Below are positions 26,809-31,080 of a stretch of DNA of 31,080 nucleotides, one piece after another. This DNA is from a virus (taxonomy: Duplodnaviria; Caudoviricetes): positions 1 to 31,080 of IMG/VR virus record IMGVR_UViG_3300033512_000107. The stretch is one strand, 5' to 3'. The translations under genes and the position numbers were made by a program. The notes under the pieces are model-generated. The model saw nothing but the letters and a program-made list of their open reading frames with translations. It was not told the origin of the DNA and did no database searches. The stretch's first letter is position 1; each line of letters starts with the position of its first letter.

Positions 26809-26868
26809 ACAAAGATAAAACATTTATTTTAAAAATACAAATTAATTATTGTTAATAAATGTTAAATT
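26809..26868 (-). promoter_or_regulatory. repeated promoter, copy 5
   Basis: Plus strand ACAAAGATAAAACATTTATTTTAAAAATACAAATT..TGTTAATAAATGTTAAATT. Confidence 0.87.
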
Positions 26869-26927
26869 GTTATATTAATTAAAAAAATATATTTTATTTA
26901 GTATATATTTTAAATTAAATAAAAAGT

Positions 26928-29900
26928 ATGAACTATAAATGGATTAAAGATGACGTTGAATATATATTATTACGTCCAGATACATACATAGGAGGATTAA
27001 ACATAACAAGTATTCAAGATAGAAAATTTGATAATAATAAATTTATTGATTATACTTATACATTAAGTAATGGATTATTACATTTATTCAACGAAGTTAT
27101 ATCAAATAGTATTGATGAATATAATCGTCATAAAACAGTAAAAAATATAATTGTATCAATTAATACAAATATTAATAGTATAAGTGTACAAGACGATGGT
27201 AATGGAATAGGAGTATATAAAGATAAAGAACATGATATTTATATTCCTGAAATGTTAGTTTCTAAATTACATAGTGGAAGTAATTTTGATGATACAGAAG
27301 AACGAAATACAATAGGTAGAAATGGAGTAGGATTAAAGGGTGTTAATATATTTTCAAAAATGTTTAAAGTTCAAACATGTGATGGAAAGAAATATTTTGA
27401 AATGCAATTTGAACAAAATAGTAGAATACAATATGAACCTACAATAAAAAATAGTAAAATTAATCATACTAAAATTACATTTGTACCAGATTTAAAACGT
27501 TTTAATTATGAAACATTACCAGAAGATTTAATTCATTATATACGTAAAAAAGTAATAGATTTAGCTGGATTATTTCCTAATATTAGATTTATACTTGATA
27601 TTGATAATACAAAAGAAGTACATCAATATAAATCAATTAAACAATATTATAACCTATTTGTTGATAAAGAAGAAGATTTAACGTATTATGAAGACGATAT
27701 ATGGAATATAGGTATTACAAATGAAAATGGAAAGTTTTCTCAAATTAGTTATGTAAATGGAGTTCAAACTGAAAAGGGAGGAAAACATGTTGAAAAAGTA
27801 TGTGATATTATTATTCCTCTTATTAAAGAACGTATAGAAAAGAAATATAAGGTACCTATTAATACATATCATATTAAACAGAATATTAAATTAATAGTTA
27901 ATTCAAATATTATAAATCCTTCTTATACAACTCAAAATAAAATAGAATTAGATTCCGAAGCCCCTAATTTAGAATTATCTCCTAAATTTATTAATTTATT
28001 ATATAGTAGTAATGTATTTAATGTTATTTGTGAATTTGCTATTCAAAAACAAAAAGAAAAGGAACAGCAAGAAATTAGAAAAATAACAAGTAAATTAGAT
28101 AAAATAAAAGTAGAAAAACTAAAAGATGCAAAAGGAAAAGATAGAACAAAATGTCAATTATTTATAGTTGAAGGATTTTCCGCTCAATCAGGATTTCTTA
28201 AATATAGAGATAATCAAATACATGGAATATATGTATTACAAGGAAAATCTTTAGGTAATGTACATGGAATGACAGAAAAAGCTATTTATGAAAATAAAGA
28301 ATTATCTGGTTTAATGTCAAGTTTAGGATTAAAAATAGGTAAAAAAGCAGATAAACTTAGATATAATGAAATAAATATAATGACAGATTCAGATAATGAT
28401 GGAAGTGCTATAACATCATTACTAATCAATTTTTTTAATATGTATTGGCCTGAACTATTTGAACAAGGAAAAATATATCAAATATTAACTCCTGTTGTTG
28501 TAGCAAAATTAAATAAAACAGTAAAAGAATTTTATAGTGAATTAGAATATAATAATTGGATACAAAGTAATACAAATGAAGAATTAAGAAAATGGAATAT
28601 AAGTTTTAAAAAGGGGTTAGCTGCATTAAAAGATGATGAATATAAAAAACAAATATATAATTCTAAAAAAATACAATTTGTTAAAGATGATGAAACAGAT
28701 AATATTTTACAAATATGGTTTGATAAAAAAGATAAAGACAAAAAACGTCAAAAATTAATATCTGAAACATTTTGTGATGGAATTATATATAAAAATTCAC
28801 AAAGAAATATATCTGAATATTTAAAAAATGAATACTTATCATTTGCATACTATACAATACAACAAAGAGCAATTCCAAGTGTAATAGATGGATTTAAACC
28901 TGTTCAAAGAAAAATTATTAATGAAAGTATAAGATTATGGAAAGATAATAAAACAGAATTAAAATGTTATCAATTAGGTGGATATGTTGCGGCTCGTCAA
29001 AAATATCATCATGGAGATGGTTCTTTAAATGGTGCTATTATAAATATGGTGCAACAGTTTAAAAATAATCTATCTTTGTTTGATGAAGATGGACAATATG
29101 GAGATTTACGAAATAGAGATGCAGGTGCTCCACGTTATATTGGAACAAAATTAAATAGTAATTTTAATTTAACATATAAAGATAATAATTTATTAACTTC
29201 AAAATATGATGAAGGACAAGAAATAGAACCTAATTATTTTTTACCTATTATCCCAATGGTTTTAGTAAATGGTAGTTCTGGTATAGCAGTTGGATTTGCG
29301 ACAAATATATTAAATAGAAGTCCTAAAAATATTATTGATGTTTGTATGGATTATTTAAATGGGAAAAATATAAATATTAATAAATTAAAACCTTTTTATA
29401 ATCAATTTACTAATAATAATGAAACAAAACTATTAGATGAAGATTTATTAAAATGGGGTATGTATGGTAAAATAGAAATGATAAATTCAAATACTGTTAA
29501 AATATCAGAAATCCCTCCTAATTATGAATCAGAATCATACGAAAAAATATTAAATAATTTAGTAGATAAAAAAATAATAGTTGATTATGATGATAACTGT
29601 ACTGATAAAATAGAATACGTTATTAAATTTACAAAAGAAAATTTATTAAAATATAGTCAGGAAGATTTAATAAAATTATTTGGACTTGAATATACAGAAA
29701 ATGAAAACTTAAATACACTTGATGAATTTGGTAAATTAAAAAACTTTAAATCAATACATGATTTAATTAAGTATTTTATTGATTTTAGATTGACATATTA
29801 TGATAAAAGAAAATCGTTATTAATAACTGATTTAAACTATGATATTAAAATATTAACAAATAAAATTAACTTTTTAAATGGTATTATAAATAACAAAATA

Positions 29901-30149
29901 AAAGTACATAAAATATCAAAACAAGATATAATTAATCAATTAATTAAAATGAAATTTGATACTATTGATGATAATTACAATTATTTACTTAATTTAAGTA
30001 TATATTCATTAACTAAAGAATATGTAGAAGAATATAATACAAAACTTAATAAAAAACAGGATGAATTATCAAATATTCTAAATGTAGAACCTAAACAAAT
30101 GTATATTGATGATTTGTCTGAATTAAAAATTAAACTATCTAAAAAATAA
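26928..30149 (+). CDS. type IIA DNA topoisomerase, ATPase/Toprim and breakage-reunion subunits fused in one ORF
   Basis: RPDTYIG, EVISNSID, DDGNGI, GRNGVGLK, VEGFSA, MTDSDNDG, then RAIPSVIDGFKP, YHHGD, APRY (catalytic Tyr), NGSSGIAVG. Confidence 0.95.
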   Translation: MNYKWIKDDVEYILLRPDTYIGGLNITSIQDRKFDNNKFIDYTYTLSNGLLHLFNEVISNSIDEYNRHKTVKNIIVSINTNINSISVQDDGNGIGVYKDKEHDIYIPEMLVSKLHSGSNFDDTEERNTIGRNGVGLKGVNIFSKMFKVQTCDGKKYFEMQFEQNSRIQYEPTIKNSKINHTKITFVPDLKRFNYETLPEDLIHYIRKKVIDLAGLFPNIRFILDIDNTKEVHQYKSIKQYYNLFVDKEEDLTYYEDDIWNIGITNENGKFSQISYVNGVQTEKGGKHVEKVCDIIIPLIKERIEKKYKVPINTYHIKQNIKLIVNSNIINPSYTTQNKIELDSEAPNLELSPKFINLLYSSNVFNVICEFAIQKQKEKEQQEIRKITSKLDKIKVEKLKDAKGKDRTKCQLFIVEGFSAQSGFLKYRDNQIHGIYVLQGKSLGNVHGMTEKAIYENKELSGLMSSLGLKIGKKADKLRYNEINIMTDSDNDGSAITSLLINFFNMYWPELFEQGKIYQILTPVVVAKLNKTVKEFYSELEYNNWIQSNTNEELRKWNISFKKGLAALKDDEYKKQIYNSKKIQFVKDDETDNILQIWFDKKDKDKKRQKLISETFCDGIIYKNSQRNISEYLKNEYLSFAYYTIQQRAIPSVIDGFKPVQRKIINESIRLWKDNKTELKCYQLGGYVAARQKYHHGDGSLNGAIINMVQQFKNNLSLFDEDGQYGDLRNRDAGAPRYIGTKLNSNFNLTYKDNNLLTSKYDEGQEIEPNYFLPIIPMVLVNGSSGIAVGFATNILNRSPKNIIDVCMDYLNGKNININKLKPFYNQFTNNNETKLLDEDLLKWGMYGKIEMINSNTVKISEIPPNYESESYEKILNNLVDKKIIVDYDDNCTDKIEYVIKFTKENLLKYSQEDLIKLFGLEYTENENLNTLDEFGKLKNFKSIHDLIKYFIDFRLTYYDKRKSLLITDLNYDIKILTNKINFLNGIINNKIKVHKISKQDIINQLIKMKFDTIDDNYNYLLNLSIYSLTKEYVEEYNTKLNKKQDELSNILNVEPKQMYIDDLSELKIKLSKK

Positions 30150-30154
30150 AAAAT

Positions 30155-30772
30155 ATGAATAATAACAAAATTATAAATAAAGCAATTTGTTTTATAATAG
30201 AAAATAATAAAGGAAATTATAATCCATATCATAATTACGAACATCTTATAACTGTTTATAATTCAGCAATGGAAATAGCAAAAAAAGAATTATTTACTTT
30301 TGAATATGAAGAAAATGAAATAATATTGGCTATATCGTCTTTATTTCATGATTTTAATCATTTAGGAATAAAAACAAATGATAAAAATAATATTGCTTTA
30401 GCAATAGAAGGATTTGAATTATTCTATAAAGATAATATTGAAAAAATAAATGAAATCCAAAAACTTGAAATTATAAAGTTAATTCAATCTACAGAATTCC
30501 CATATAAAAAAAATGCTTCAGCTGTACTTATTAAAATAATTAGAGATGCTGATATGAGTTCCTTATTTAAGGATAATTTTATTTTTACAGGAGTATTCGG
30601 ATTGGCAAAAGAATTTGATATTGATATAAAAACACAAATTAAAAATCAAATTAATTTTTTATCTAATATTAAATTTAATACTGATTATTGTATTAATAAA
30701 TGGGATAAAATATATCCATATAAAATGGATGAATTAATTAAATTAGATACTCTATTAAACTTAAATATATAA
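30155..30772 (+). CDS. HD-superfamily metal-dependent phosphohydrolase (PDE-like motif layout)
   Basis: NPYHNYEH, LFHDFNHLG, IRDADMS. Confidence 0.85.
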   Translation: MNNNKIINKAICFIIENNKGNYNPYHNYEHLITVYNSAMEIAKKELFTFEYEENEIILAISSLFHDFNHLGIKTNDKNNIALAIEGFELFYKDNIEKINEIQKLEIIKLIQSTEFPYKKNASAVLIKIIRDADMSSLFKDNFIFTGVFGLAKEFDIDIKTQIKNQINFLSNIKFNTDYCINKWDKIYPYKMDELIKLDTLLNLNI

Positions 30773-30881
30773 AAATATGAAATGGAAAAGTAAATTAAAA
30801 AGTATTAAAAACAAATACAAACAAATAAATTTTCCAACTTTATTTTAATTATTCAATTAATTATTTTTATTTAATTAAATT

Positions 30882-31075
30882 GTTTGACTTTTTATAAAAG
30901 TATAAATCAAACTTTGTAGGTACACTATGATAAATAGATTTAAATCTATTGGAGATGTTCAATTTATTAAAGACTACAAGTAGTATAATTTTAAATTATA
31001 CAAAACTAAAATCTCGAAATTTTATATATCGAGTACAATCAAAATTATTTGATTGTTTAGCTTAAATCCTACAAA
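30882..31075. other. multi-hairpin structured non-coding element (candidate ncRNA), possibly truncated by the window end
   Basis: Several nested inverted repeats (see findings); no convincing ORF. Confidence 0.5.
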
Positions 31076-31080
31076 AACGA

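Noticed and set aside
7232-26868. Repeated 60-bp sequence as a CRISPR array or IS ends
   Set aside because: Copies are dispersed kilobases apart, not regularly spaced, have no transposase or inverted orientation, and match a promoter consensus.
1033-30244. Short antisense ORFs in the track (1033, 4892, 9125, 14308, 14951, 15853, 16849, 20203, 21767, 22868, 23873, 24323, 27678, 28532, 29981)
   Set aside because: All lie opposite well-supported genes and have the F/L/I/S-rich composition of shadow frames.
30777-31065. Tiny plus-strand ORFs after the HD gene (about 23, 18 and 36 aa)
   Set aside because: Too short, no motifs, and two overlap the structured element.
1-31080. Stop-codon reassignment (alternative genetic code), as in some large Bacteroidetes phages
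   Set aside because: Genes are long and complete in the standard code. TGA and TAG occur at natural gene ends, and the SbcD TGA is followed immediately by in-frame TAA, so readthrough would not explain the split.
1-31080. tRNA, rRNA or tmRNA genes
   Set aside because: No GC-rich cloverleaf or T-loop GTTC(G/A)A context in intergenic regions; the GTTCAA near 30957 lacks flanking tRNA stems.

Overview
Very AT-rich fragment of a large T4-like (myovirus-type) dsDNA phage genome. The host is most likely Bacteroidetes, because five near-identical repeats carry the TTTG-N20-TAnnTTTG promoter consensus. The left part (minus strand) holds head genes (prohead protease, portal with two inteins), dnaJ and a divergent sigma-70. 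The plus strand holds a baseplate-hub/amidase fusion and a replication/recombination module: short PolA-like protein, SSB, UvsX/RecA, resolvase-like nuclease, primase, SbcD/SbcC, single-chain topoisomerase II and an HD protein. Small minus-strand cassettes, most behind a copy of the repeated promoter, interrupt this module. Main observations: (i) uvsX/recA is fractured into two genes by a free-standing endonuclease and apparently rejoined by a split intein with a 15-aa N-fragment; (ii) an Mre11-Rad50 (SbcD-SbcC) unit is cut inside its nuclease domain by a DNA methyltransferase gene, with no intein, an 11-bp flanking direct repeat and a perfect 25-bp internal palindrome; (iii) the portal carries a Pro-initiated, class-3-like intein; (iv) promoter-ORF-terminator cassettes are repeated; (v) a densely structured non-coding element lies at the right edge. 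All calls come from reading motifs by eye; no searches were run.
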